From: Trueperaceae bacterium
GTDB taxonomy: Bacteria; Deinococcota; Deinococci; Deinococcales; Trueperaceae
Assembly: GCA_034520945.1 (NCBI GenBank)
Contig: JAXHNB010000005.1
Location: 800,001 to 864,000, forward strand
DNA: 64,000 nucleotides
Direction of reading: 5' to 3'
Shown: positions 10,918 to 23,267 of the stretch, in pieces
Numbering within the stretch: position 1 is the first letter of the stretch
How the letters are laid out: each line of letters starts with the position of its first letter
Notes under the pieces: generated by a model
Database searches by the model: none
Told to the model about the DNA's origin: nothing
The model's input: the letters and a program-made list of their open reading frames with translations, nothing else
Made by a program: the position numbers and the translations under genes

Positions 10918-12250
10918 CGGAGCGCACCCGCCCTTCCGCCCCCACGGCGTGCAGCGCCGTCACCAGCCGCTCGACGTCGGCGGGCCGGGTCAGCTCGGTG
11001 GCGGCCAGCAGCACGGCGTCGCCCAGGCCGTACTCCGCCCCCAGCGGCACGCCGGCGCGCACGCCTTGGCGGTGCAGGTCGCGACGCACCGTCCGGGGAT
11101 CGTGCGGCACGCGGAGGGGGAACTCCGCGAAGAACGGGCCGCCTCGAACCACGTCGAACCCTTCGCGCGTCAGGCGGTCCGCCAGGGCGTGCGCGTTGCG
11201 GACGGTGCCCTCCGCCATCTCCCGCAGGCCCTGGGGGCCCAGCGCCGCGACGTTCACGGTCGCCATCAACGCCGTCAACTGATGATTCGAGCAGATGTTG
11301 GACTTGGCCTTGCCGCGCCGGATGTGCTGCTCGCGCGCCTGCAGCGTCAACACGAAGCCGCGCCGGCCGTCCACGTCGCGCGTTTCGCCCACCAGCCGTC
11401 CCGGCAGCTGCCGCAGCAGGGCCTCGCGCACCACCATGAACCCGAAGTGCGGCCCGCCGAACTGCAGCGGCACGCCGAGCGGTTGGCCCTCGCCGACCGC
11501 CACGTCCGCGCCTGCTTCGCCGGGCGTACGGAGGACCGCCAGCGAGAGGGGATCCACCACCGCGACCAGCAGGGCGCCGGCCGCGTGGGCCGCCTCGGCG
11601 AGGTCGGCGGTCGCTTCGATCCGACCCAGGTGGTTCGGGTTCTGAACCATCAGGCAGGCCGCCTCGTTCAGGTCGGCGGGCACGGGCGTGGCCAGGCCGT
11701 CCAGGTCGATCACGTCCAGCTGTACCCCAAGCGGCTCCAGGTAGGTGGCGATCACCTCGCGGGTCTCCGGATGCACGCCCCGCGACACCACCACCCGCCC
11801 CCGGCCGGTGGCCCGCAACGCCAGCAGGGCGGCCTCGGCCGCGGCGGTGGCGCCGTCGTACATGCTGGCGTTGGAGACGTCCAGGCCGGTCAGCTCGCTC
11901 ATGATGGTCTGGTACTCGAAGGTGGCCTGCAGCCCCCCCTGCGACACCTCCGGTTGGTACGGCGTGTACGCCGTCACGAACTCGGACTGCGACGCCAAAT
12001 GGCGGGTCACGGCGGGCACGAAGTGCCGTCGTACGCCGCCGCCGAGGAACGAGGGGCTGGCGTGGTCGTCCCGGGCGGCCAGCTGCCGCAGGTGATCCAT
12101 CAGCGCGACTTCGTCCATCGCGCCCGCGAGGTCCAGTTCGGGATCGCGCAACGACGCCGGGATCGACGCGAACAGGGCGTCCACGTCCGCCACCCCGATG
12201 GCCTCCAGGGCGCGACGCACGTCCCCGTCGGTGTGGGGGGTGTAGCGCAC
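10910..12250 (-). CDS. gcvPA: Glycine dehydrogenase subunit 1
   Basis: TAYTPYQPEVSQG, NASMYDGATA, REQHIRR, SNICSN; GTG start overlaps the gcvH stop. Confidence 0.96.
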   Translation of the reverse strand: MRYTPHTDGDVRRALEAIGVADVDALFASIPASLRDPELDLAGAMDEVALMDHLRQLAARDDHASPSFLGGGVRRHFVPAVTRHLASQSEFVTAYTPYQPEVSQGGLQATFEYQTIMSELTGLDVSNASMYDGATAAAEAALLALRATGRGRVVVSRGVHPETREVIATYLEPLGVQLDVIDLDGLATPVPADLNEAACLMVQNPNHLGRIEATADLAEAAHAAGALLVAVVDPLSLAVLRTPGEAGADVAVGEGQPLGVPLQFGGPHFGFMVVREALLRQLPGRLVGETRDVDGRRGFVLTLQAREQHIRRGKAKSNICSNHQLTALMATVNVAALGPQGLREMAEGTVRNAHALADRLTREGFDVVRGGPFFAEFPLRVPHDPRTVRRDLHRQGVRAGVPLGAEYGLGDAVLLAATELTRPADVERLVTALHAVGAEGRVRSGV

Positions 12251-12639
12251 TACGACTCCTCTTCGGCGACGGCGCGGTAGCCGTCCGCGTCCAGCAGCCC
12301 GTCGCGGGCGCCGGGGTCGTCCACCTTCATGCGGAACAGCCAGCCTGCCTCGTAGGGGTCCTCGTTGATGCGTTCGGGGGCCCCCTCGAGGGCGTCGTTG
12401 ACGGCGGTGATCTCGCCGGCGAGCGGCGCGTTGATGTCGCTGGCGGTCTTGACGCTCTCGACGACGGCGACCGGATCGCCGGCGGCGAAGCGGGCCCCCA
12501 CCTCGGGCAGTTCGACGAACACGACGTCGCCGAGCTGATCCTGGGCGAAATCGGTGATGCCGACCGTCACCTGCCCGTCTTGGACGTCGGTGATCCACTC
12601 GTGCGTGGAGGCGTACCTGAGTGCTTCGGGAATGTTCAT
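12250..12639 (-). CDS. gcvH: Glycine cleavage system H protein
   Basis: [32 protein letters not shown] lipoyl-Lys motif. Confidence 0.97.
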   Translation of the reverse strand: MNIPEALRYASTHEWITDVQDGQVTVGITDFAQDQLGDVVFVELPEVGARFAAGDPVAVVESVKTASDINAPLAGEITAVNDALEGAPERINEDPYEAGWLFRMKVDDPGARDGLLDADGYRAVAEEES

Positions 12640-12703
12640 GCGTCCTCCAGGGACCGGCCGCGCTGCGGCGGGCAGGAATGCGTATTCGCCACGATACCCG
12701 CGT

Positions 12704-13771
12704 TCAGGCGCGGAAGAACGGAATGTCGGAGACGGTCGCGGAGACGTGCTGCCCACGGATCTCGACCCCCACCTCGCGCTCCGGCTCGGCCAGGTCGCTG
12801 CGCACCCAGGCGAAGGCGATGGCGTCCCGCGTCAGCGGTGAAATGGTGCCGCTGGTCACCGCGCCTGCCGGGGCGCCGTCGGCGTCCAGCACCCGGTAGC
12901 CCTGCCGGGCGATCCCGCGCCCCAACACCCGCAGGCCGACCAGCCGGTGCGTGCACGAGGGGGCGTCCCCGAACGCGTCGCGCCCCGCGAACGGTTTGTC
13001 CTTCACCACCCAGGCGAACGGCGTGCAGCGCGGGTCGGTGTCCTCGCCCAGTTCGTGCCCGTACAGCGGAAAGCCCGCCTCCAGTCGCAGGGTGTCCCGC
13101 GCGCCCAACCCGCACGGTTCCGCCCCGGCGTCGGTGACGGCGGTCCATACCGCGACCGCGTCGTCCGGTCGCGTGAACACCTCGAAGCCGTCCTCGCCGG
13201 TGTAGCCGGTTCGGGCCATCCGGACGGGCACGCCGGCCAACTGCGCCGGCCGGGTGTCGTTCTTGCGGAACGACGTCAAATCCTCGTCGACGAGGCGGTC
13301 CAGCGTCAGCGCCGCGCCGGGGCCCTGCACGGCCAATAGCGCCCAGCGGTCGCTGACGTCCTCGACCGTGACGTCCTCGGCGCCGTGCGCCAGCTGCTGG
13401 AGGCGGTCGCGGACGGCCGACCGGTTGGCCGCGTTCGAGACCAGCAGCCAGCCCTGCTCCGCCAGGCGGTACAGGTACCCGTCGTCCACCAGGCCGCCGC
13501 GGTCGTTGGGCACCATGGTGTAGTGCGACCGGCCGACCCGCAGCTTCTTCGCGTCGTTGAGGAGCGCGTAGCGCAGGAACGAACGGGCCCCGTGTCCGTC
13601 GATGCGGAACTCGGCCATGTGGCTCACGTCGAACACGCCGGCGCGCTCCCGGACCGCGAGGTGCTCGTGCGAGATGCCGTAGCGGTACTGCAGGGGCATG
13701 CGGGTTCCGGCGAAGTCGGTCATCCGCGCGCCGAGAGCCTCGTGCGCGGACGTCAACGGTGTCGTCTCCAT
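12704..13771 (-). CDS. gcvT: Glycine cleavage aminomethyltransferase T
   Basis: [30 protein letters not shown]. Confidence 0.96.
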   Translation of the reverse strand: METTPLTSAHEALGARMTDFAGTRMPLQYRYGISHEHLAVRERAGVFDVSHMAEFRIDGHGARSFLRYALLNDAKKLRVGRSHYTMVPNDRGGLVDDGYLYRLAEQGWLLVSNAANRSAVRDRLQQLAHGAEDVTVEDVSDRWALLAVQGPGAALTLDRLVDEDLTSFRKNDTRPAQLAGVPVRMARTGYTGEDGFEVFTRPDDAVAVWTAVTDAGAEPCGLGARDTLRLEAGFPLYGHELGEDTDPRCTPFAWVVKDKPFAGRDAFGDAPSCTHRLVGLRVLGRGIARQGYRVLDADGAPAGAVTSGTISPLTRDAIAFAWVRSDLAEPEREVGVEIRGQHVSATVSDIPFFRA

Positions 13772-13824
13772 GGCCGGCACGCTACCACCCGCCGATTGAG
13801 CGACCCCCCGTGCACCGGGGCGTT

Positions 13825-14415
13825 TCAGGCCTTCTGCGCCAGCTTCTCCAGGACCAAGCGCGACACGGCCCGCAACGGTTCGAACACCCCTTCGAAGCGG
13901 GCGGCCACCGCGTCGAAGCGCGGGACCTTCTCCTCGGGGTCGAGGACCTGACGGACCATGTCGCTGGGCAGCGCGTCGGGCAGGTCGCGCTTGTTGATCT
14001 GCACCACGTGCGGCACGTCGGAGAGGCGCAGATCGTACTCCAACAGGTTCTCGCGCAGGTTGCGCAGGCTCTCCGCGTTGGCGCGCAGACGGTTGGGGGC
14101 GCTGTCGGCGACGAACACGATGCCGTCCACGCCCTTCAGGATCAGCTTGCGCGAGGAGTTGTAGAACACCTGACCGGGGACCGTGTACAGGTGGAAGCGC
14201 GTCTTGAAGCCGTTGACCGTGCCCAGGTCCAGCGGCAGGAAGTCGAAGAACAAGGTCCGTTCGTCCTCGGTGGCGAGGCTGACGAGCTCCCCCTTCGACT
14301 CGCCGGGGACGCGGTCGTAGATCATCTTCAGGTTGGTGGTCTTGCCGGAGAGGCCGGGGCCGTAGTAGACGATCTTGAAGTTGATCTCGCGGGCGCCGAA
14401 GTTGATGGTGCTCAT
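13825..14415 (-). CDS. mglA: MglA small Ras-like GTPase
   Basis: [48 protein letters not shown]. Confidence 0.95.
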   Translation of the reverse strand: MSTINFGAREINFKIVYYGPGLSGKTTNLKMIYDRVPGESKGELVSLATEDERTLFFDFLPLDLGTVNGFKTRFHLYTVPGQVFYNSSRKLILKGVDGIVFVADSAPNRLRANAESLRNLRENLLEYDLRLSDVPHVVQINKRDLPDALPSDMVRQVLDPEEKVPRFDAVAARFEGVFEPLRAVSRLVLEKLAQKA

Positions 14416-14915
14416 ACGTCCCTCGGGCCGAACAGGCCGTCCAGAAGCTTCTCGGTCGACTCGCTCCACTGCTCGTCGAGGTTCAACGCGGGGGCGTCCA
14501 TCTCCCGCAGGGCCGCCAACTCCTCGCGGATGGTGCGCGCGGCGCGATGGGCGTGCACCTTGATCTTGCCGAGGGCGGCGGACGCGTCGAACACGACCAA
14601 CAGCAGCGCGTCGGGACCGAGCTCCTCGACGTAGGTGCCCACATCGCTCCCCTGGTGGACCATCTCCCGAAACCCTTCGTCGCCGAACAGCTTGGCGATC
14701 GCCTCGTTGGCGGAATGATTGGAGGCCACCAACGTCGCCAGCGAATCCAGCGAGGGGGGCTTGGGCGCCCACAACGCCCGCGCGTGCAGCAACACGAACC
14801 CCTTGCGGTCCACCACCAACGCGTAGCGGGCCCGGCTGCGGCCCAGCAGCTCGTCCAGCGTGGCCTCGACGCGGCCGTGCGCCGCGCCGTACAGGTCGAG
14901 GGACGGCTCCAGCAT
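14412..14915 (-). CDS. mglB: MglB roadblock/LC7 GAP protein
   Basis: Roadblock-type sequence ([18 protein letters not shown]) directly upstream of mglA with ATGA overlap. Confidence 0.9.
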   Translation of the reverse strand: MLEPSLDLYGAAHGRVEATLDELLGRSRARYALVVDRKGFVLLHARALWAPKPPSLDSLATLVASNHSANEAIAKLFGDEGFREMVHQGSDVGTYVEELGPDALLLVVFDASAALGKIKVHAHRAARTIREELAALREMDAPALNLDEQWSESTEKLLDGLFGPRDV

Positions 14916-15058
14916 GGGCGGAGGATAGCACGAGGGGCCCCGCGGCACGAATGCGAAGTCCCTCACGCCTTGCCTCGTCCCACGCGCTGCGGTACACTCC
15001 GTAGGCTCGAGACCGTGTACCCGCGCGGGGTACGGCCTCGGCGCCGCACGTCCCGCAC

Positions 15059-15135
15059 GGCGATGTAGCTCAGCTGGTTAGAGCGCACGACTCATAATCG
15101 TGAGGTCCGGGGTTCAAGTCCCCGCATCGCTACCA
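15059..15135 (+). tRNA. tRNA with CAT anticodon (Met, elongator-type)
   Basis: GGCGATG acceptor stem, anticodon arm cacga-ctCATaa-tcgtg, GTTCAAG T-loop, 3' ACCA. Confidence 0.93.
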
Positions 15136-15189
15136 CACGGCGCAGGGTGCACGGGCCCTGCGCCACGTTCGTGCCATGGCACCGGGCAT

Positions 15190-15276
15190 TGGTGCCGGGA
15201 ACGGGACTCGAACCCGTACGCCCTTGCGGGCAGCGGATTTTAAGTCCGCAGCGTCTACCGATTCCGCCATCCCGGC
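15190..15276 (-). tRNA. tRNA-Leu(TAA)
   Basis: Reverse complement GCCGGGATGGCGGAATCGGTAGACGC..GCGGA-ctTAAaa-TCCGC, long variable arm, GTTCGAG, ACCA. Confidence 0.95.
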
Positions 15277-15347
15277 CGGTCGCGATCAGCGTACCAAGCG
15301 GCCACGCGCCCCGGACCGCGCCCCTGGCCGCCTGCGGGGGCGGGGCC

Positions 15348-16954
15348 TCACACCACGTAGGCGGTGGCGTCGGCCCGGTCCTCTGCGGCGCGCGCCTCAC
15401 TCCAGGATAGCTCGGCGGCCAGCAGTTCGTTGACCCGCGCGACGGCCGCCACGGCCGCGTCGCGGTCCAGGACGCCGAGGCGCGTGCGGCGCATCAGCAC
15501 GTCGGTGGTGCTTCGCGCCAACTCGTGGCGGGCGGCATGGATCGCTTCGGCCTCGAGGTAGGGGTGACCCTCCGCCAGCCGCGCCGAGAGGCCCTCCTCC
15601 GCGGCCACGGTCGCGACCTGTGCGGCGCGGTCGCCGTACGCCCCGTTCAGGTGGCGGGCGACGTCCTCCGGCAGGCCGAAGCGGTCCGCGAGCGCGGCCG
15701 CGCCGTCCGGGTCGTGGTTCGCCCCGCCGATCAGCACGCGTTCGGAGGTGCGGGAGGGGCCGGCCGACAAACCGCCGACCTTGATCGCCTGGTCGACGGT
15801 GTCCAGCGCCATGCGACGGTAGGTGGTCCACTTGCCGCCCGCGATGGTGACCAGGCCGCCGGTCGACACGTTGATCACGTGATCGCGGGACAGCCGGGCG
15901 GTGTCGCTGGAATCGGGGTCGGACACCAGCGGCCGCAGGCCGGAGAAGGTGGCCCGCACGTCCTCGCGGGTGACCGGCGACGCGAAGTAGCGCCGCACGT
16001 GCCGGAGCACGTACTCGATGTCGTCGTCGGAGGCCTTGGGGTGCGTTTCGATCTCGGCCGGCGCGTCGGTGGTGCCGACCAGGGTGTGTCCCTGCCACGG
16101 AAGCAGGAACAGCACGCGTCCGTCGTCGGTCTCCGGGATCAGCAGGCCGGTGTCGGGCGGGCTGAACCGCTGGTCCAGCACGATGTGGATGCCGCTGCTG
16201 ACGCTCAGCATCGGGCGGGCGTTCGGATCGTCCATCCGCCGCACCGCGTCGGTGAACGGACCCGTCGCGTTCACCACCGCGCGCGCTCGCACCCGGACCT
16301 CCTCGCCGCTGAAGCGGTCCCGCACGCGGGCGCCCGCGATGTTCCCGTCCTCCTTGTCGAGCGCCGTCACCTCGGCGTGATTCACGCAGACGGCGCCGTC
16401 CTCGACGGCCGTCAGCGCGATCGCCACGTTCATGCGCGCGTCGTCGAACTGACCGTCGTAGTAGATCACGCCGCCGCGCAACCCTTCGGCCTTGAGCATC
16501 GGGAAGCGCGCCCGCGCCTCCTTGGCGTCCACGAAGCGGCTGGGGGCCAAATTGGACTTGCCGGCCAGCCAGTCGTACAGCTTCAGGCCCGTGCGGAAGT
16601 AGGGGACCTGCACCCAGTGATACAGCGGCGTCACCAACGGCATGGGCCGTGCCAGGTGGGGGGCGATCCGGATCAGCACGGCACGCTCCCGCAGGGCGTC
16701 CCGCACCAGGTTGAACTGCGAGCGGTCGAACTCCTTGACCGCCTTCTCGAGGTAGCGCACCCCGCCGTGGATCAGCTTGGTGCTGCGACTGCTGGTGCCG
16801 GCCGAGAAGTCGTCCCGCTCGACCAGGGCGACGCTCAGGCCGCGCGTGGACGCGTCCAGCGCCACGCCCGCGCCGGTCGCCCCGCCCCCGACGACGAGGA
16901 GGTCGAACGGATCCTCGCCCAGCCGTGCGAACGACGCCTCGCGCGACAGGGGAC

Positions 16955-16958
<4 letters not shown>
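15348..16958 (-). CDS. glpD: FAD-dependent glycerol-3-phosphate dehydrogenase
   Basis: [36 protein letters not shown]. Confidence 0.95.
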
Positions 16959-18451
<1,493 letters not shown>

Positions 18452-18511
18452 GGCGTCCTCCTTGAGGCCGGAGAGGCTGGGGGTGTCGGGGCGTTCGCCC
18501 GGTCGCGGCGT

Positions 18512-18991
18512 TCACGTGGGGTGGGGGAGGGGGACCAGCCGGGCGCGGGCCCAGGCCCGTTCCCCCCTCAGCCGCGCGGCCAGCCGGGGCGCATCGTGCG
18601 GGAGTCCAGCCGCGCGGCGTCGCACCGAACTGTCGAAGCGCCCCGCGTGAAGCGTGGCCAGGACGCGCTGAAACAGGTCGGCGTCGGGGATCGCGTGCCG
18701 GCTGAACGCCTTGAACGCGAACGCGCCCACGTCCGGAAAGGTGTGCAGGACGAGATGCGCTTCGTCGAGGGAAAGGCCGTGGCTGCTGCCGTCCGCCTCC
18801 TCGACCCGGGTGACGGTGCGGGTGGTTTCTTCGCCGAGCTGCGCCGCCAAGGCGGACACCAATGCGTCCAGCCCCGCAGGGTCGGTGAGAATGCCGGGGC
18901 CGGCCCGGCGACCGTCGAGGAGAAGCAACGTGCCGGTACCGAGGGGTTCGCTCGCGTCCACGCCGTACGCTACCAAACGCGTGGCCGTCAC
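18512..18991 (-). CDS. S-adenosylmethionine decarboxylase-like protein with degenerate active site
   Basis: GLSLDEAHLVLHTFPD resembles the AdoMetDC motif G...ESHxxxHTwPE; GTG start overlaps the upstream stop. Confidence 0.55.
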   Translation of the reverse strand: MTATRLVAYGVDASEPLGTGTLLLLDGRRAGPGILTDPAGLDALVSALAAQLGEETTRTVTRVEEADGSSHGLSLDEAHLVLHTFPDVGAFAFKAFSRHAIPDADLFQRVLATLHAGRFDSSVRRRAAGLPHDAPRLAARLRGERAWARARLVPLPHPT

Positions 18992-20302
18992 TCGCCTGTG
19001 ATCTGGGCCGCGACGCGCGCCAGTTCTTCCGACACCTCCGTGACAGGATCGCTCAGTAGGCGCGCCAACGCCTGACCCATCGGCCCCCACACGCGGCCCA
19101 TGGCGGCCGCGACGGGGATGGGATCGGCGTGCAGCATCGCCTGGCCGAACGCGGCCAGCGCGTGCCCCTCGCCCAGATCCGCGAGGGCTTCGGGGGCGGC
19201 GGGCACACGCCCCGCGCGACGGGCGTACGCCGCCTGCGCCCCCGGCCGCGACAACCACTTCGCGAGGTTGGCCGCGTCGCGCGGGGCCTCCGCGAAGCGG
19301 CTGATCGCCACGCCGCGGACCTCCATGAACGCCGTCCAGGGCGTACCGTCGGCCAGCGGGCGGCATCGGCGCGGCACCGACGTCGATGCCGGCCTCCCGG
19401 GCCGCCTGAACCGCCCACGGCCCGGTGTGGAACATCGCCAGGTCGCCCGCCGCGAAGCGCGCGTGCGCCGTCGCGTAGTCCACGTCCGGGGGGATCACCT
19501 CGTGCTGGTGCACCAACGCCTGCAACGCTTCGAGGCCGCGGACGGCGCCCGGACGAGTCAGGCCGAGCTGGGGCGTGGCCCCACCTACCTCCCCCGCGCC
19601 GTCGTCCGCCGCGCCGTCGTTCGCCCCGGCGAACAGGGACCCACCGAAGGTCCGAAGCCAGCCGTAGGCGAAGTAGAAGTTGGTGGCGTCGACCAGGAAG
19701 CCGTAGCGCCCGTCGCCCGTCAGCTCGACCGCACGCCGCACCAGCGCGTCGTAGTCGGCCGGCGGTTCGTCGACGACCTCCCGGTCGTACAACAGCGCCG
19801 GTCCCTCCACGCTCATCGGCAGCGCGAGCACCGGGCCGGCAGGGGCCAGCGCGCGCCGCGCGTTCGGGCCGGTCTCCTCCAGGTAGGCGTCGGTCACGGT
19901 GTCGCGCAGGTCCGCCAGCACGCCTTCGCGGCCCAGCTCCGACAGGTCGGCGTGCGGCAGCCACGCCACGAGGTCGGGGCCGTCGCCTTCGGGAGCGTCC
20001 GAGATCATGCGAACCGCCAACTCGCCCGCCGGCAGGCTGGTGACGTCGACCTCCACGTCGAACGCGCCTGTGAAGGTGGCGGCCTCCTGCCGAACCGCCT
20101 CCAGCATGGCGCCCGAGGCCGGTGTCCAAACGGTCACCTCGGGCGCGTCCTGCGCGACGGCGCCCGCCCCGCCCAGGAGGAGCGCGACCAAGAGGGCGAG
20201 CGACCCCGCAGCGCGCTGCGGGGCACGCCGCCACCGCTGCGCGGGGCGCGCACGCGACGCCGCGGACGGGGCGGGGGGGTCGCCGGCGGGTGCGCATCGC
20301 AT
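18988..20302 (-). CDS. Extracellular sugar-binding protein (MalE-like ABC family 1); one frameshift near 19359
   Basis: Signal peptide; GPD..PH, LPMSVE..ALLY, F..G..AM..TGPW; two overlapping ORFs rejoin on removing one base from the G run at 19358-19360. Confidence 0.8.
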
Positions 20303-20342
20303 GGCAGGCAGTGTACCTGCGCGATCGGCCCGCCGGCCGGAC

Positions 20343-21545
20343 TCAGGCCCTGCGCCAACCGCCGCGCCCGTCGGGCGTGACCAGGCCCGCCAACTCCAAC
20401 CGCGTCAGCAGCGCCAGCAGGCGACCGGCCGGCATGCCGGCGGGGAGGAGCGCGTCCAAGGGGCGCGGCGTGCCGTCGCTCAGCAGGGCCAGCAGGCGGC
20501 GGGCCGCGGGATCGTCGGGGATCGCCGATACGGCCCCGGTGGGCGGGGCCGTGGCGTGGGGGGCCGCCGCCTCCGCCAGACCGGACACGGCCGCGATCAG
20601 TTCGGCGGTCCCCACGAAGGGGGTGGCGCCGTCGGCCAGGAGCGAGGCGGCGTAGCGGCCCTTCGGGCCGTCCGGCCGTTGGGGGACGACGAACACCTCG
20701 CGCCCCTCGTCGTTCGCGAAGCGGACGGTGTGCCTCACGCCGCTCCCCTCCCTCCCTTCCACCATCAGCACGGCGCGGGCGAGCCCCGACACGATCCGGT
20801 TGCGTCGCGGGAAGGAGCCCGGGTAGGCGTTGGTGCCGGGTGGATGTTCGCTCACCACGGCGCTGCGTTGCGCGATCCGGTCGGCCAGCGGCTGGTGTCG
20901 CGCCGGGTGCACCCGGTCCAGGGACGAGCCCAGCACCGCAATGGTGGCGTCCGGCGCGGCGTCCAGTGCCCCCGCGTGGGCCGCGGCGTCGACGCCGAGC
21001 GCCAGCCCCGAGGCGACGCACACCCCCGCTCGGGCCAGTTCGGCGGAGACGCCGCGCGCGAACGACAGCGCCCACGGGCTGGCCGTGCGCGTCCCGACCA
21101 CCGCCACCACCCGCGACGCCGCCGGCGCGGCGGCCGTGCCCTGCGGCAGGCGGCCCCGCACGAACAACAACGGGGGCGGATCGACGGTGCGGGCCAGCAG
21201 CGGGGGGTAGGCGGGGTCCTCCGGGTGGATCGGGGCGGGACCCCGCGCGGTCCAGGCGTCGAGGTAGTGCCGGGCGTCGCGACGCCCGGCCGGCGAGAGC
21301 GCCGCGCGAATGCGGCCCCAGGCGTCTGACGTGACCTTCTCGGCCTCGTCGTCCGGTGGGTGCCTGGCCGTCGCCATGCGGCGCACGTCGCGGTCGAAGG
21401 CGCGCCAGGCGCGGCCGATACGGACCGCGCCCAGCCCCTCGGCCAGCGCCAGTGCGGTCCAACATTCGCGTCGAAGGCGCGCGTCGTCGGGATCCTCCGC
21501 AGGGGAGGGGCGTTCCGAGGAACCGGGGCCGGGGGGCCGAACCAT
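20343..21545 (-). CDS. dprA: DNA-processing protein DprA
   Basis: YPPLL..DPPPLLFVRG, VAVVGTR, SGLALGVDAAAH, FPRRNRIVSGL, C-terminal winged helix. Confidence 0.93.
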   Translation of the reverse strand: MVRPPGPGSSERPSPAEDPDDARLRRECWTALALAEGLGAVRIGRAWRAFDRDVRRMATARHPPDDEAEKVTSDAWGRIRAALSPAGRRDARHYLDAWTARGPAPIHPEDPAYPPLLARTVDPPPLLFVRGRLPQGTAAAPAASRVVAVVGTRTASPWALSFARGVSAELARAGVCVASGLALGVDAAAHAGALDAAPDATIAVLGSSLDRVHPARHQPLADRIAQRSAVVSEHPPGTNAYPGSFPRRNRIVSGLARAVLMVEGREGSGVRHTVRFANDEGREVFVVPQRPDGPKGRYAASLLADGATPFVGTAELIAAVSGLAEAAAPHATAPPTGAVSAIPDDPAARRLLALLSDGTPRPLDALLPAGMPAGRLLALLTRLELAGLVTPDGRGGWRRA

Positions 21546-21679
21546 GCCGGCAGACTACGCGGCGGGCGCCGGCCCCCGGCCCGCGGCTGGGACGCGGATC
21601 GCGTGCATCAGGGCATCGCGCCGCCCGGGCCGCGGCCGAAGCCCACCCGGGCCGCGGCAGGGGCCCGCGCATTCGCGGT

Positions 21680-23107
21680 TCAGGACAGCTTGACCCTCGG
21701 CCCTCGTGCGGTGTCTTCGACCTCGATCCCCAACTCGGCCAGCCGGTCGCGCAGGGCGTCGGCCGTGCCGAAGTCGCGACGGGTGCGGGCCGCCTTGCGT
21801 TGTTCCAATACCAGCTCCAGCAGCCCTTCGAGCCGGTCGCGCGCCGCCGCGCCCTCCTCAGCCTCCGCCGAGGGGGGGACGCCCAGCACGTCGCCCAGCA
21901 GCGACCCGATCACCGCTGCGGCGTCCGCCGCCTCCTCCGGCGTCAACGCGTCGCCGCGCCGGTTGGCCTCGCGCACCAACTCGAACAGCGCCGCGATCGC
22001 CTGCGGGGTGTTCAGGTCGTCGTTCATCGCCTCCGTGAAGGCCTCGCGCGCCGCAGCGCCGAAGCGTCCGTCCGGCTCGGCGCCTCCGGCACGGTCCCGG
22101 AGCCAGGCGTGGCTCTCCCGCAACCGCCCCAGCCCCTGGCGCGAGGAGACGATCGCGGCGTCGCCGAACTCCGACAGGCTCCGGTAGTGGCTGCGAAGCA
22201 GGTGGAACCGCACCACGGTCGGATCGAAGGCGTCGAACAGGTCGGCCAGCGCCACGAAGTGGCCCTTCGACTTCGACATCTTCTCGCCGTCCATCGTCAT
22301 CATGTTCCAGTGCAGCCAGGTCCGGGCGAACGGCATCCCCACCCCCCGCGACTGCGCCAGCTCGCACTCGTGGTGGGGGAAGATCAGGTCGAGCCCGCCG
22401 CCGTGCACGTCGAACGTCTCGCCGAGGTACTTGGTGCTCATCACCGAGCACTCCAGGTGCCAGCCGGGAAACCCCTGGCCCCACGGGGAGGCCCACTGCA
22501 TGATGTGCTCCTCGCCGGCCGCCTTCCAGAGGGCGAAGTCGTGCGGGTCGTCCTTGTCGCTGCGGACCTCCACCCGCGTGCCCTCCACGAGCTCTTCGGG
22601 GTCGCGGCCGGACAGCTCGCCGTAGTCGGGCCACTGCGACACGTCGAAGTACACGTTGCCGTCACGCTCGTACGCCAGCCCCGCCTCCAGCAGGTTCTGC
22701 ACCAGCGCGATCTGTTCGGGGATGTGCCCCGTGGCGCGCGGCACCACGCTGGGGCGCCGCACCTTCAAGCGGGCCATGGCGTCGAAGTACGCCCAGAAGT
22801 ACTTCTCGGCGATCTCCATCGGCTCCAGCCGCTCCAACTTGGCGCGGGCGGCCAGCTTGTCCTCGCCCTGATCGGCGTCGTCGGTGAGGTGCCCCACGTC
22901 GGTGACGTTGCTGACCAGGCGCACGCGGTAGCCCTCGTGCTCCAACCAGTTGCGCAGCACGTCGAACACGACCGGCCCACGGGCGTGCCCCAGGTGCGGC
23001 TCGGAGTAGACGGTGGGACCACAGAAGTACAGCCCGGCGTGCCCGGGCGTGACCGGTTCGAACGGCGTTTTGCGTCGGGTCTTGGAGTCGTACAGGTGCA
23101 GGGCCAC
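21680..23107 (-). CDS. cysS: Cysteine--tRNA ligase
   Basis: CGPTVY, HLGH, DFALWK, PGWHLECS, KMSKS. Confidence 0.97.
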   Translation of the reverse strand: MALHLYDSKTRRKTPFEPVTPGHAGLYFCGPTVYSEPHLGHARGPVVFDVLRNWLEHEGYRVRLVSNVTDVGHLTDDADQGEDKLAARAKLERLEPMEIAEKYFWAYFDAMARLKVRRPSVVPRATGHIPEQIALVQNLLEAGLAYERDGNVYFDVSQWPDYGELSGRDPEELVEGTRVEVRSDKDDPHDFALWKAAGEEHIMQWASPWGQGFPGWHLECSVMSTKYLGETFDVHGGGLDLIFPHHECELAQSRGVGMPFARTWLHWNMMTMDGEKMSKSKGHFVALADLFDAFDPTVVRFHLLRSHYRSLSEFGDAAIVSSRQGLGRLRESHAWLRDRAGGAEPDGRFGAAAREAFTEAMNDDLNTPQAIAALFELVREANRRGDALTPEEAADAAAVIGSLLGDVLGVPPSAEAEEGAAARDRLEGLLELVLEQRKAARTRRDFGTADALRDRLAELGIEVEDTARGPRVKLS

Positions 23108-23156
23108 GGCTTCACCTCGCAGGTCGGTCGGGTCGGGTCAGGTCAGGGGTGCGGCG

Positions 23157-23210
23157 TCAGCAGGCGCGACGCGGCCGACATCGCTGCGAGGCGAGCACGC
23201 GGAAGACCAT
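23157..23210 (-). CDS. Putative leaderless leader peptide MVFRVLASQRCRPRRAC upstream of cysS
   Basis: TAGCAT -10 box (23218-23223) 7 nt before ATG; two Cys codons, the last directly before TGA; stop is 49 nt before cysS. Confidence 0.6.
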   Translation of the reverse strand: MVFRVLASQRCRPRRAC

Positions 23211-23267
23211 GAGCGGGATGCTACCACGCCCTGCGGGCGGCCCGCACCGCCGGTGGTACCCTCCCGC

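Noticed and set aside
13772..13824. Glycine riboswitch before gcvT
   Set aside because: Only ~50 nt intergenic and the gene appears leaderless
19350..19370. Programmed frameshift or phase variation in the sugar-binding protein
   Set aside because: Short G run with no slippery heptamer; similar single indels at ~8915, ~35910 and ~59670 point to sequencing error
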